From Rhodopseudomonas sp. (GTDB lineage: Bacteria > Pseudomonadota > Alphaproteobacteria > Rhizobiales > Xanthobacteraceae), in assembly GCA_016124795.1 (NCBI GenBank), contig WGNB01000052.1, forward strand, positions 4,008-68,007: DNA of 64,000 nucleotides. Reading direction: 5' to 3'. Shown here piece by piece: positions 17,895 to 26,388 of the stretch. Numbering within the stretch: the stretch's first letter is position 1; each line of letters opens with the position of its first letter. Under the pieces are notes generated by a model, which saw only the letters and a list, made by a program, of their open reading frames with translations, was not told the DNA's origin and made no database searches. The translations under genes and the position numbers were made by a program.

Positions 17895-18716
17895 TCAGGA
17901 ATCCGCGGTGGCGGTGACCGGCCGGTCGCCGGCGACATGGCTGGTCAGCCGACGGGTGACGTCACGCCGCAGGCTGTTGAACTCCGGCGAGGAGACGTCG
18001 CGCGGGCGCGGCAGGTCGATCTTGATCTGGCAATCGATGCGGCCGGGCCCGGCCGTCATCACCACCACCTGATCGGCCAGCAGCACGGCTTCCTCGACCG
18101 AATGAGTGACGAAGATCACCGTCAGCTTGGTGGTCTTCCAGATCTCGATCAGCTCTTCCTGCAATTTGCTGCGGGTCAGCGCGTCGAGCGCGCCGAACGG
18201 TTCGTCCATCAGCAGGATGTCGGTGTCGTTGGCGAGCACGCGGGCGATGGCGACGCGCTGCTTCATGCCGCCGGAAAGCTGGTGCGGAAAGCGGTCGGCA
18301 AAAGCCGTCAGGCCGACCATGTCGAGAAAGCGTTCGGTTTCCTTGACGACGGTCGGCGTCGGCACGCCGCGTTGGCGCGGACCGAAGCTGATATTGTCGC
18401 GCACGGTGAGCCACGGAAACAGGGCATAGTCCTGAAACACCATGCCGCGATCGGGACCCGGTCGGTCGACCTCGGTGCCGTAAACCGCGACCGAGCCGCG
18501 CGTCGACTTCTCAAAGCCGGCGATAATCCGCAGCAACGTCGATTTCCCGCAGCCGGAGGCACCGAGCAGGCAGATGAATTCGCCCTTGTTGATCGTCAGG
18601 TTGACGCCGCGCAGCGCCTCGACCGGACCGTTGCCGGCGTTGAATTCCTTGTGCAGGCCGGCGACCCGCAGGATCGGCAACGCCGTGGCTTTCGAGCCGG
18701 TTGCGATATCAAGCAT
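17895..18716 (-). CDS. ABC transporter ATP-binding protein (NitT/TauT family)
   Basis: Walker A GASGCGKST, signature LSGGMKQR, Walker B ILLMDEP. Confidence 0.9.
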   Translation of the reverse strand: MLDIATGSKATALPILRVAGLHKEFNAGNGPVEALRGVNLTINKGEFICLLGASGCGKSTLLRIIAGFEKSTRGSVAVYGTEVDRPGPDRGMVFQDYALFPWLTVRDNISFGPRQRGVPTPTVVKETERFLDMVGLTAFADRFPHQLSGGMKQRVAIARVLANDTDILLMDEPFGALDALTRSKLQEELIEIWKTTKLTVIFVTHSVEEAVLLADQVVVMTAGPGRIDCQIKIDLPRPRDVSSPEFNSLRRDVTRRLTSHVAGDRPVTATADS

Positions 18717-19605
18717 TGTGCTGCGGGCTCCAGCGGAGGAAGTAATTGCTGATGGCGACCAGGATGCGGTCGGACAGATAGCCGGTAAGACCGATGATGA
18801 TCATGCCGGTGATGACCAGATCGGTGCGCGACAGCGTGCGGCCGTCCATGATGACGGCGCCGAGCCCCTCGGGCACGCCGGTCATTTCGCCGACGACGAT
18901 CAGGATCCAGGCAAAGCCGGCGCCGAGCCGCAGGCCGTTGAAGATGCTCGGCAGCGCCGCCGGCAATACGACGGCGCGAAACATCTGCGAACCGGAACAG
19001 CCAAGCATTTCGGCGGCTTCGAATAGCCGGACATCGACCGATTTCACGCCGAAGACGGTGTTGAGCAGGATCGGATAGAACGCACCGAGAAAAACCAGGA
19101 AGATCGCCGACTTCGGCCCGAGCCCGAAAAAGATCATCGAAAGCGGCAACCAGGCGGTCACCGGCACCGGACGCAGCAGCGACAGCATCGGGTCGAGCAG
19201 GGCGCGCAGCAGGGGAATGCGGCCGAGCATCAGCCCGAGCGGAATGCCGGTCGCGGCCGCGAGGAAAAAGCCGCCATAGACGCGCTGCACCGATTTCCAG
19301 AAGTGGATCGGCAGAGTGCCGCTATAGGCGTCGTCATAGATGCCGCCGAAGGCGAAGTCCCACATCATCAGCGCGACGCCGTAGGGCGACGGGATCAGGC
19401 GGGTGCCGGTCCAGCGTACGGCCAGGTCCCAGGCCACCAGCAAACCGATCGGCACGATCGCGCCCAGCGCAATCGCGCGAAGGCGTTGACGGATGTTATG
19501 GGCCGTCGTTCTGCCGGTCGACGTTGTCGGTTCGCCGGTAGCCGCGCCGGTTGACGGCGTGGCTACCACGGTTTGGATGCTCATGTTGCGATCACGATGC
19601 GGCAA
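18709..19605 (-). CDS. ABC transporter permease (NitT/TauT family)
   Basis: Multi-TM protein whose 3' end overlaps the ATPase gene start by 8 nt and whose own start overlaps the SBP gene end. The start may be the internal MSIQ. Confidence 0.8.
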   Translation of the reverse strand: MPHRDRNMSIQTVVATPSTGAATGEPTTSTGRTTAHNIRQRLRAIALGAIVPIGLLVAWDLAVRWTGTRLIPSPYGVALMMWDFAFGGIYDDAYSGTLPIHFWKSVQRVYGGFFLAAATGIPLGLMLGRIPLLRALLDPMLSLLRPVPVTAWLPLSMIFFGLGPKSAIFLVFLGAFYPILLNTVFGVKSVDVRLFEAAEMLGCSGSQMFRAVVLPAALPSIFNGLRLGAGFAWILIVVGEMTGVPEGLGAVIMDGRTLSRTDLVITGMIIIGLTGYLSDRILVAISNYFLRWSPQHNA

Positions 19606-20563
19606 TGGCTTTGACGAAGCTCGGGTCGATGAAGGTCTTGTAGTCCGGCAACTGGCGGATCTGCTTCTTCGCCAGCATCTGGGTGCCGTAATAATGCGCC
19701 TGCGTCATGAACTTGTCGTCGATATTCCAGGTCAGTTCGACGTTCGGTGCCGCCTTTTCGATCGACGGCCGCAACTGGCCGAGCTTCTTCATCGCCATTT
19801 CGATGAAGGCGTCGCGGTTGCTCATCGCGTATTCGCTGGCGGCGCGGTGAACCTTCAGGAAGGTCTTGATGAAGTCCGGCTCCTTCTGGGTCAGTTCGCG
19901 GCGGGTGGTCAGCACCATGTTGAGCGAACCGGTCGGTGTCGAATAAGGATATTCGACGATCTTGCCGACGCCCTTGGCCAGGCTGATGCCGGCCGCCGGC
20001 TCGGCGCCGACATAGGCGTCGATATCGCCGCGCTCGAGCGCCGGGGCCATGTCGGAGAATGACACGCGCACCGGCGTGATGTCCTTGATCGACATGCCTT
20101 CGGCCGACAGGCGGTCGAGGATCACGACTTCCTGGGTCGAACCCGGCCAGATCGCGACCCGTTTGCCTTTCAGGTCCTTGATCGAATTGATGTTCGACTT
20201 GATGCCGGCGACCACGGCCATGCCGCGGTTACAGGCGGCGCCGATCACCACGACCGGTTCGCCATTGGCGCCGCCGAGGGTGGCCGCGGCCAGGCCGTAA
20301 ATGCCGAAATCGACGGTGCCGGTGACCACGGCGTTCTTGCCGTCGGTCGGGCTTTCGAACGGCACGACCTGCACCTTGATGCCGGCGGGCACGAATTTCT
20401 CATAGAAATAGGGTGTGATGCCGTGGATCAGCTTCAGGGTCCCGACCTTGATGGTGCGGTCGGCGGCGAAGGCGCTTGAGCCCAGGGTGCCCAGGCTGGT
20501 GGTGGACAGCGCGGCGGCGGAGGCCGCGAGTCGCAAGAAATTTCGGCGGGATGTCGGGTACAT
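19592..20563 (-). CDS. ABC transporter substrate-binding protein (NMT1/THI5-like), Tat-type signal
   Basis: N-terminus SRRNFLRLAASAAALS. First gene of the SBP-permease-ATPase-hydrolase string. Confidence 0.75.
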   Translation of the reverse strand: MYPTSRRNFLRLAASAAALSTTSLGTLGSSAFAADRTIKVGTLKLIHGITPYFYEKFVPAGIKVQVVPFESPTDGKNAVVTGTVDFGIYGLAAATLGGANGEPVVVIGAACNRGMAVVAGIKSNINSIKDLKGKRVAIWPGSTQEVVILDRLSAEGMSIKDITPVRVSFSDMAPALERGDIDAYVGAEPAAGISLAKGVGKIVEYPYSTPTGSLNMVLTTRRELTQKEPDFIKTFLKVHRAASEYAMSNRDAFIEMAMKKLGQLRPSIEKAAPNVELTWNIDDKFMTQAHYYGTQMLAKKQIRQLPDYKTFIDPSFVKAIAAS

Positions 20564-20648
20564 AGGGGTCCTCGTTGCGGCGGTTTCGGCAGAACCTAGC
20601 TTATGTGCGCTGCAATATTTTACAAAATTTATTGTTTAAATCGGGACG

Positions 20649-20663
20649 ATAAGCTGCTGTTAT
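20649..20663. promoter_or_regulatory. LysR-type T-N11-A dyad candidate
   Basis: ATAAgctgctgTTAT lies 10 nt upstream of the LysR gene start, in the divergent intergenic region shared with the ABC operon. Confidence 0.3.
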
Positions 20664-20672
20664 AGTTGGGTC

Positions 20673-21587
20673 ATGCTCGCGCCCCTAGACCTCCGGCTGT
20701 TGCAGGCCTTCATCGTCCTCGTCCAGACCGGCAGTTTCTCGGAAACCTCGCGCCGGCTCGGCCGCACCCAGCCGGCGGTCAGCCTGCAATTGCGCCGGCT
20801 GGAAGAAGTGACGGGCGCGGCGCTGTTCACCAAGGTCGGCCGCAAGCTGGTGCTGACCGACCACGGCGAAGTCGTGCTGGGTTATGCCCGCACCATCATG
20901 GGCTTGCAGGATGAATTGCGGTCGCGGCTCGCCGCGCCCAAGCTCGACGGCCAGGTCATTCTCGGCACGCCCGATCTTTATGCGGCTTATTTGTTGCCGG
21001 CGATCCTGTCGGATTTCCGTCGCGCCTATCCCAACGTCAATGTCGAACTGCGTTGCGCGCTGTCGAGCAAGCTGATGAGCGCTGTCGAACATGACGAGAT
21101 CGATCTGGCCATGGTCACCGGCATGCCGGCGTTCAAGAACGGCGAACTGGTGGCGCAGGAAGAACTGGTCTGGGTGACGGCCGAAACCAGCACGGTGCAT
21201 CGCGAGAATCCAGTGCCGCTGGCGATGCTGCCGCCGGGCAATATCTTTCGCGATTTCGGGCTCGCCGCGCTGGAGCGCATCGGCCGGACCTGGCGGTTGT
21301 CCTGCGTCAGCGAAAGCATCGGCGGTTTGCAAGCGGCGGTCTTTGCCGGCATCGCGGTCAGCGTAGTCGGCCGCAGTTCGATGTTGCCGGGCATGCGCGA
21401 ACTTGGCCGCAGCGACAGTTTCCCGACCTTGCCGAAAGTCGATCTGGTGCTATTCCGCGCGGCGCGGCGGCCTAATCCGGCGGCCGAAGCGATGGCGGAT
21501 TTTATCGTCCGCCATTTCGCCAAGTCGCAACTGGCGCCGATAGCGCGCGTGGTGCCGACCCAGGCCGGCAGCGGCTCGCACGTTTAG
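20673..21587 (+). CDS. LysR-family transcriptional regulator
   Basis: N-terminal wHTH: FIVLVQTGSFSETSRRLGRTQPAVSLQLRRLEE. 304 aa. Confidence 0.9.
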   Translation: MLAPLDLRLLQAFIVLVQTGSFSETSRRLGRTQPAVSLQLRRLEEVTGAALFTKVGRKLVLTDHGEVVLGYARTIMGLQDELRSRLAAPKLDGQVILGTPDLYAAYLLPAILSDFRRAYPNVNVELRCALSSKLMSAVEHDEIDLAMVTGMPAFKNGELVAQEELVWVTAETSTVHRENPVPLAMLPPGNIFRDFGLAALERIGRTWRLSCVSESIGGLQAAVFAGIAVSVVGRSSMLPGMRELGRSDSFPTLPKVDLVLFRAARRPNPAAEAMADFIVRHFAKSQLAPIARVVPTQAGSGSHV

Positions 21588-21601
21588 CGCGGTGGCAGCG
21601 C

Positions 21602-22015
21602 TCAGACCGCTTCGATGCGGATCGGCTTGGCGCCTTCGTAGAGCACGGCGCGACCGAATTCGTAGAGGCGGTCCAGTCCCGAGGTCAAAGTGATGAAGTG
21701 GTTGCCGGCAAGCTGGCCGAGCTTCGAGGCGAAATGCACCGCGCCATAAGCCAGCAGGATTTCGGTCTCGCTGATGCCGCCGGGATAAACGATCATCTGA
21801 CCCGGATGCGGATAGCTGGTGTGGTTTTCGTAAGTCAGGCCGAGATCGGTTTCGCCGAGCGGCACCCAGACGCCTTCGCCGCTCCAGCGGACGTGAATGA
21901 CTTTCTGCTCATAGGGCAGGAGCTTTTTGAACACCGCCACGGTTTTGGGCGCCAGCTCGGTCTCGAACTTGGCGTCGAAAACGTAAGAACCGGCGGTAAT
22001 ACGAAGCTTGTCCAT
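21602..22015 (-). CDS. DUF3830-family (cyclophilin-like) protein
   Basis: MDKLRITAGSYVFDAKFETELAPKTVAVFKKLLPYEQKVIHVRWSGEGVWVPLG matches my recollection of DUF3830. Start chosen at the internal ATG at 22015. Confidence 0.55.
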   Translation of the reverse strand: MDKLRITAGSYVFDAKFETELAPKTVAVFKKLLPYEQKVIHVRWSGEGVWVPLGETDLGLTYENHTSYPHPGQMIVYPGGISETEILLAYGAVHFASKLGQLAGNHFITLTSGLDRLYEFGRAVLYEGAKPIRIEAV

Positions 22016-22113
22016 GAATGACTCCTGATCCTTGCCCCAGAGGCTGACAGTTGGCGCCGCGCCGGTGGAATGCTGCACCGGCGTTGCGATTGTGGCAAAT
22101 GCCGCAGCCGGCT

Positions 22114-23514
22114 TTAGCGGTTGAGGCCGATCCAGCCGTCGCCGAAAGCGGTCTGGGTCATCGGCTCGGCTTCGGCGCGGCCCTCCGCCTTGGCATGGCT
22201 CACCACGCGGTGGCGGCGATGGCGGACGTTATGCCGGACATGATGCTTCACCTTGGTCGTCGGCTGCGCGGTCTCATCTGCCTTGCCGGCATCGCCGATT
22301 TTGGCCAGACGTGGCCAGCCGGTCTTCGCGGCGGCCTTGTCGGCTGCCGGTCGTTCCGGCACCGAGGCCAGACGCTCGCCGGTCGGGACCGCCTGAACGA
22401 TGCGGTAGCCCTTGGCCTTGAGTTCCTTCAACAGCACCGGCACCGCCATCGCGGTCGCCGGATGGATGTCGTGCAGGAGCAGGACGCCGCGATGGCCGTG
22501 CGCTTCGATCCGCCGCATCGCTCTTTGCACGATCTGCGCCGAGGTGATGTGGTGGAACCAGTCATCGGCGACTTCGTCGGCGCTCCAGACCGCGAGGTTC
22601 TGCGTGGCGAGGAAGGTCTCCGCCTGGTTCGATCGCGCCAGTCCGGGAATGCGGAAGAACGGCGCGACCGCGCGGGCGTCGCCGACCGCGGCGGTCACGG
22701 AGGCGATGCCGCCATCGACTTCGCTGGTGATGCGCGGCAGGCCAAGATTGCCGAGATTGAACGGATGGTGCTGGCTGTGGGTGCCGATGGTGTGGCCGGC
22801 GTTATACACGCGGCGCACCGTGTCGGGATAAGCGTGCGCCATGGTGCCGACCATGAAGAAGGTCGCCTTGGCGCATTGTTCGGCGAGGGCGGCCAGCACC
22901 CGGTCGGTGTAAGGCGGCAGCGGACCGTCGTCGAAGGTCAGCACCACTTCATGGTCGTTGAGCGGCAAGGTCGTCTTGTATTGCATGTTGCCGATGCGCG
23001 GGAACGCCTTGGGATCGACCGTCAGGGTACGGCTGGTGCCGATCGCGTTCGGGTGACCGGGGCAGGCGGTTGGCGCCGTTGCGGCGACTTGAGGCGTGGT
23101 GGCTTGCGGCGTCGCGGTCGGGGTTGAGGCGGCGGCAGGGGCCGCGGGTGCGACTGGGGCGCTGGCTTGAGCGGCTGGTGTCGGTGTCGCAGGTGTGGCT
23201 TGCGTCGCGGTCGTGGCCTCCGCTGCCGGCTTGGCTGCTGGCGCGGAAGTTACGTCCTTCGCCGGTGCTGCGCTTTCCGCAGGCTTGGCTTCGACTTCCG
23301 GTTTCGGCGTGGCGACCGTTCCGTTTTCGCCGGTCGGGATCACGATTTGCGGGGCCGGCGTCGCGGCAAGCGCAGGCGTGGCCGCGACCGGCACGGCCGC
23401 GTCGGTTGATACGGTTTGCGCGGGAAGCGCCGTCTGCGCCAGCGACGTGGCCGCGACAAACGCGGTCAGCAGGCTGCCGGCCACGACGGAATATGTGCTC
23501 GAAATCAGACGCAT
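22114..23514 (-). CDS. Polysaccharide deacetylase (NodB homology domain) with long Ala/Pro/Thr-rich N-terminal region
   Basis: LTFDDGPLPPYTDRVL and HTIGTHSQHH motifs. N-terminal signal, a low-complexity linker of about 130 aa, and a basic His/Arg-rich C-terminal tail. Confidence 0.8.
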   Translation of the reverse strand: MRLISSTYSVVAGSLLTAFVAATSLAQTALPAQTVSTDAAVPVAATPALAATPAPQIVIPTGENGTVATPKPEVEAKPAESAAPAKDVTSAPAAKPAAEATTATQATPATPTPAAQASAPVAPAAPAAASTPTATPQATTPQVAATAPTACPGHPNAIGTSRTLTVDPKAFPRIGNMQYKTTLPLNDHEVVLTFDDGPLPPYTDRVLAALAEQCAKATFFMVGTMAHAYPDTVRRVYNAGHTIGTHSQHHPFNLGNLGLPRITSEVDGGIASVTAAVGDARAVAPFFRIPGLARSNQAETFLATQNLAVWSADEVADDWFHHITSAQIVQRAMRRIEAHGHRGVLLLHDIHPATAMAVPVLLKELKAKGYRIVQAVPTGERLASVPERPAADKAAAKTGWPRLAKIGDAGKADETAQPTTKVKHHVRHNVRHRRHRVVSHAKAEGRAEAEPMTQTAFGDGWIGLNR

Positions 23515-23724
23515 GATGCTTGAAAGGCTCCCGGCTCAGGCTTGTCGGCCCGCGTGCCATGCCCGGTGGCAGGGTCCCCGCTGATCGGCGCGACGCCGCT
23601 TTAAATCCGATTACGGGTGGAATTTAACTGGCTAATTATTGTCAGAAGCTTGTTTTCTATGGATTTTATGCAAGTTGCGACAAAAATGTCGCTACCCCCA
23701 ACCCGTCAAGCGTCCGATCCCTCA

Positions 23725-24534
23725 CTAATTGACGACCGGCCGGGAGTCGGCCGGCACCACATGGACAATATGGTAGCCGCGCGCTTTCAGCGCCCGCAGC
23801 AGCGCCGGCACCATATGGGCGGTCTGGGCCTTGGTATCGTGCAGCAGCACAATGCCGCGGCCGACATGCTCGATCCGGCCGAGCAGCAATTGCAATTCGG
23901 CGTCGGGCGTCATTGGATTCCAGTCGCTGGCCCAGACGTCGGCGCCGAATACCACCAGGCCACGGTCCCGCATCCGGTCGAGCAGCGCCGGACTGGAGGC
24001 AAATCCTGGAAAGCGGAAGAACGGCGTCACCGGTTCGGTGCGCGCCTTGCCATAGACCGCGAGATCGTCGCGCTGGATGCCGCGATTGATGTCGGCCTCC
24101 GCCTTCTCCATCGACAGGTGGTCGAGTAACGGATGCGAATAGGTGTGGTGGCCGATGGTATGCCCCTCGGCATGTTCGCGGCGGGCTAGCGCCGGATGGG
24201 CCTCGGTGTTGCGTCCGACCAGAAAGAAGGTCGCCTTGACGCATTCGGCTTTCAGGGCGTCGAGCACTTTCGGCGTGGTGGTCGGCCACGGGCCGTCGTC
24301 GAAGGTCAGCACCAGTTCCTTGTCCGCGAGCGGCAGCGTGGTCGGAAATTGCTTGCGGCCGACGCGGGGCGTCGTCGCGACATCGACCGCCAGCACCCGT
24401 TCGGTTCCGAGCGCGTTCGGATTGCCGGGGCAGGACGCGGCCGCGGCTGTGCCGGTGAGCGCGCAGGCCCAGAGCGCCAGAAACGCTAAGGGCAGGGCGG
24501 CGGCAAGCGGCAGGCTGGCGACGGGTTTCGTCAT
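23725..24534 (-). CDS. Polysaccharide deacetylase (NodB homology domain), secreted
   Basis: LTFDDGPWPTTTPKVL and HTIGHHTYSH motifs. Start set at ATG 24534 (MTKPVASLPLAAALPLAFLALWA signal). Confidence 0.85.
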   Translation of the reverse strand: MTKPVASLPLAAALPLAFLALWACALTGTAAAASCPGNPNALGTERVLAVDVATTPRVGRKQFPTTLPLADKELVLTFDDGPWPTTTPKVLDALKAECVKATFFLVGRNTEAHPALARREHAEGHTIGHHTYSHPLLDHLSMEKAEADINRGIQRDDLAVYGKARTEPVTPFFRFPGFASSPALLDRMRDRGLVVFGADVWASDWNPMTPDAELQLLLGRIEHVGRGIVLLHDTKAQTAHMVPALLRALKARGYHIVHVVPADSRPVVN

Positions 24535-24869
24535 GGCATGAATCCGGAGCACGGTCGTGTGGTGCGCAGCACTGCGCCCAAGCCCGGTTTCGCGCAAGAC
24601 TTGTTTTTCGCTGATCAGTTTTGCGCTCGCGGCTTTGCGCCGGCGACGCGATCCCCGCCGCGCCGGGCATGCTTGCCCCAGGTCGGCCACAAGTCACATG
24701 CAAGCCCGCCGCAAGCCGCTCTCAAGTCTGTCGATTAACGGCATATGTATTTGCGTCACCCCGAGTGCTCAGCGTACAAGCGCCAAGCGGGCGAGCGCGG
24801 GTTCGACATGGCGCCACCGTGACATTCGATCATCGTAGCCCATTTCCAACTCAATCGCCGGGGTCTGGC

Positions 24870-26261
24870 ATGGCCGAACTGCTAGCCGAGGAACTGCCGC
24901 TGCGCGACGAAACCGGCAAGATCCGCGCCGATTTCGTGGCCGAAGCCGAGCACGCCATTGCCATCGCCGACGTGCCGGCGCTGCGCGACCTGGTCGGCGA
25001 CCTGCACGAATCCGATCTCGGCGCCCTGCTTGAAGCGCTGGCGCCGGAGGACCGGCCGCGACTGGTCGAACTGCTGGGCATCGACTTCGACTTCACGGCT
25101 TTGACCGAAGTCGACGTCACGGTGCGCGACGAGATCCTCGAAGAACTCGAGCCGCAGACCGTGGCCGAGGGCGTGCGCGAAATCGAGACCGACGACGCGG
25201 TCACGATTCTCGAGGACATGCCGCAGGAGGAGCAGAGCGAGATTCTCGGCCATTTGCCGGTCGAGGAACGGCTCGCCCTCAAACGCAGCCTCGATTACCC
25301 GGAATACTCCGCCGGCCGGCGGATGCAGACCGAATATATCGCGGTCGCGCCGGACTGGAATGTCGGCCGCGCCATCGACTACATGCGCGAGACCGAGGAA
25401 CTGCCGGAGCAGTTCTACGAGCTTTACATCGTCGACGACGACGGCCGTTTCCTCGGCGCGGTACCGCTCGACCGGTTGCTGCGCGCCAAGCGCCCGGTGC
25501 CGGTGTCGGAGCTGATGATCGAGGAACGTCGCCGGATCAAGGCGAACGAGGATCAGGCCAGCGTGGCGCGGCTGTTCCAGCGTTACGATCTGGTCGCCGC
25601 CCCGGTCGTCGACAGCGACGACCGGCTGGTCGGCGTCATTACCTTCGACGACGTCGCCGACGTTCTGGTCGAGGAGGCCGACGAGGACATCAAGGCGCTC
25701 GGCGGCGTCAAGGCCGACGAAGAACTGTCGGACTCGGTCTGGACCATCGCGCGCGGCCGTTTCAATTGGCTGCTGGTCAATCTCGCCACCGCCTTCCTGG
25801 CCTCGTCGGTGCTCGGCCTGTTCGAAGGCCAGTTGCAGAAGATGGTGGCGCTGGCCGTGCTGGCGCCGATCGTCGCCAGTCAGGGCGGCAATGCCACGAC
25901 CCAGACCATGACCATCGCGGTGCGGGCGTTGGCGACGCAGGAACTTGGTGAGTCGAATGCCCGCCGCGTCATTATTCGTGAATTGCTGGTCGGTCTGCTT
26001 AACGGCGTCGCCTTTGCCGTGATCACCGGCGCTGCCGCCTATATCTGGTTCCAGGTCCCCGGGCTTGGCGTTGTGATCGGGCTGGCGATGATCTGCAATC
26101 TGGTCGCCGCCGCCGCTGGCGGCATCCTGATCCCGCTTTCGCTGCACCGGCTCAAGATCGATCCGGCGGTCGCCTCCAGTCCCTTCGTGACGACGGTGAC
26201 CGACGTGGTCGGCTTCTTTGCCTTCCTGTCGATTGCCTCGTTGTGGTTTGGCCTGCGCTAA
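24870..26261 (+). CDS. mgtE: Magnesium transporter MgtE
   Basis: Acidic N-domain, tandem CBS region (YIVDDDGRFLGAVPLDRLL; VVDSDDRLVGVITFDDV) and a C-terminal TM domain. Start set at ATG 24870 (MAELLAEE). Confidence 0.9.
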   Translation: MAELLAEELPLRDETGKIRADFVAEAEHAIAIADVPALRDLVGDLHESDLGALLEALAPEDRPRLVELLGIDFDFTALTEVDVTVRDEILEELEPQTVAEGVREIETDDAVTILEDMPQEEQSEILGHLPVEERLALKRSLDYPEYSAGRRMQTEYIAVAPDWNVGRAIDYMRETEELPEQFYELYIVDDDGRFLGAVPLDRLLRAKRPVPVSELMIEERRRIKANEDQASVARLFQRYDLVAAPVVDSDDRLVGVITFDDVADVLVEEADEDIKALGGVKADEELSDSVWTIARGRFNWLLVNLATAFLASSVLGLFEGQLQKMVALAVLAPIVASQGGNATTQTMTIAVRALATQELGESNARRVIIRELLVGLLNGVAFAVITGAAAYIWFQVPGLGVVIGLAMICNLVAAAAGGILIPLSLHRLKIDPAVASSPFVTTVTDVVGFFAFLSIASLWFGLR

Positions 26262-26388
26262 CCTACTCGCTTTGGCCGAGAATCGGTCTTCGGTTACCTT
26301 TCGTTCACCGTGTTTGCTGACCCGCCATTAAGGCCGACCCCGTAAACCTGCCGTTTGAAGAACCGCAGCGTAACGCGGGGGGTATTGG

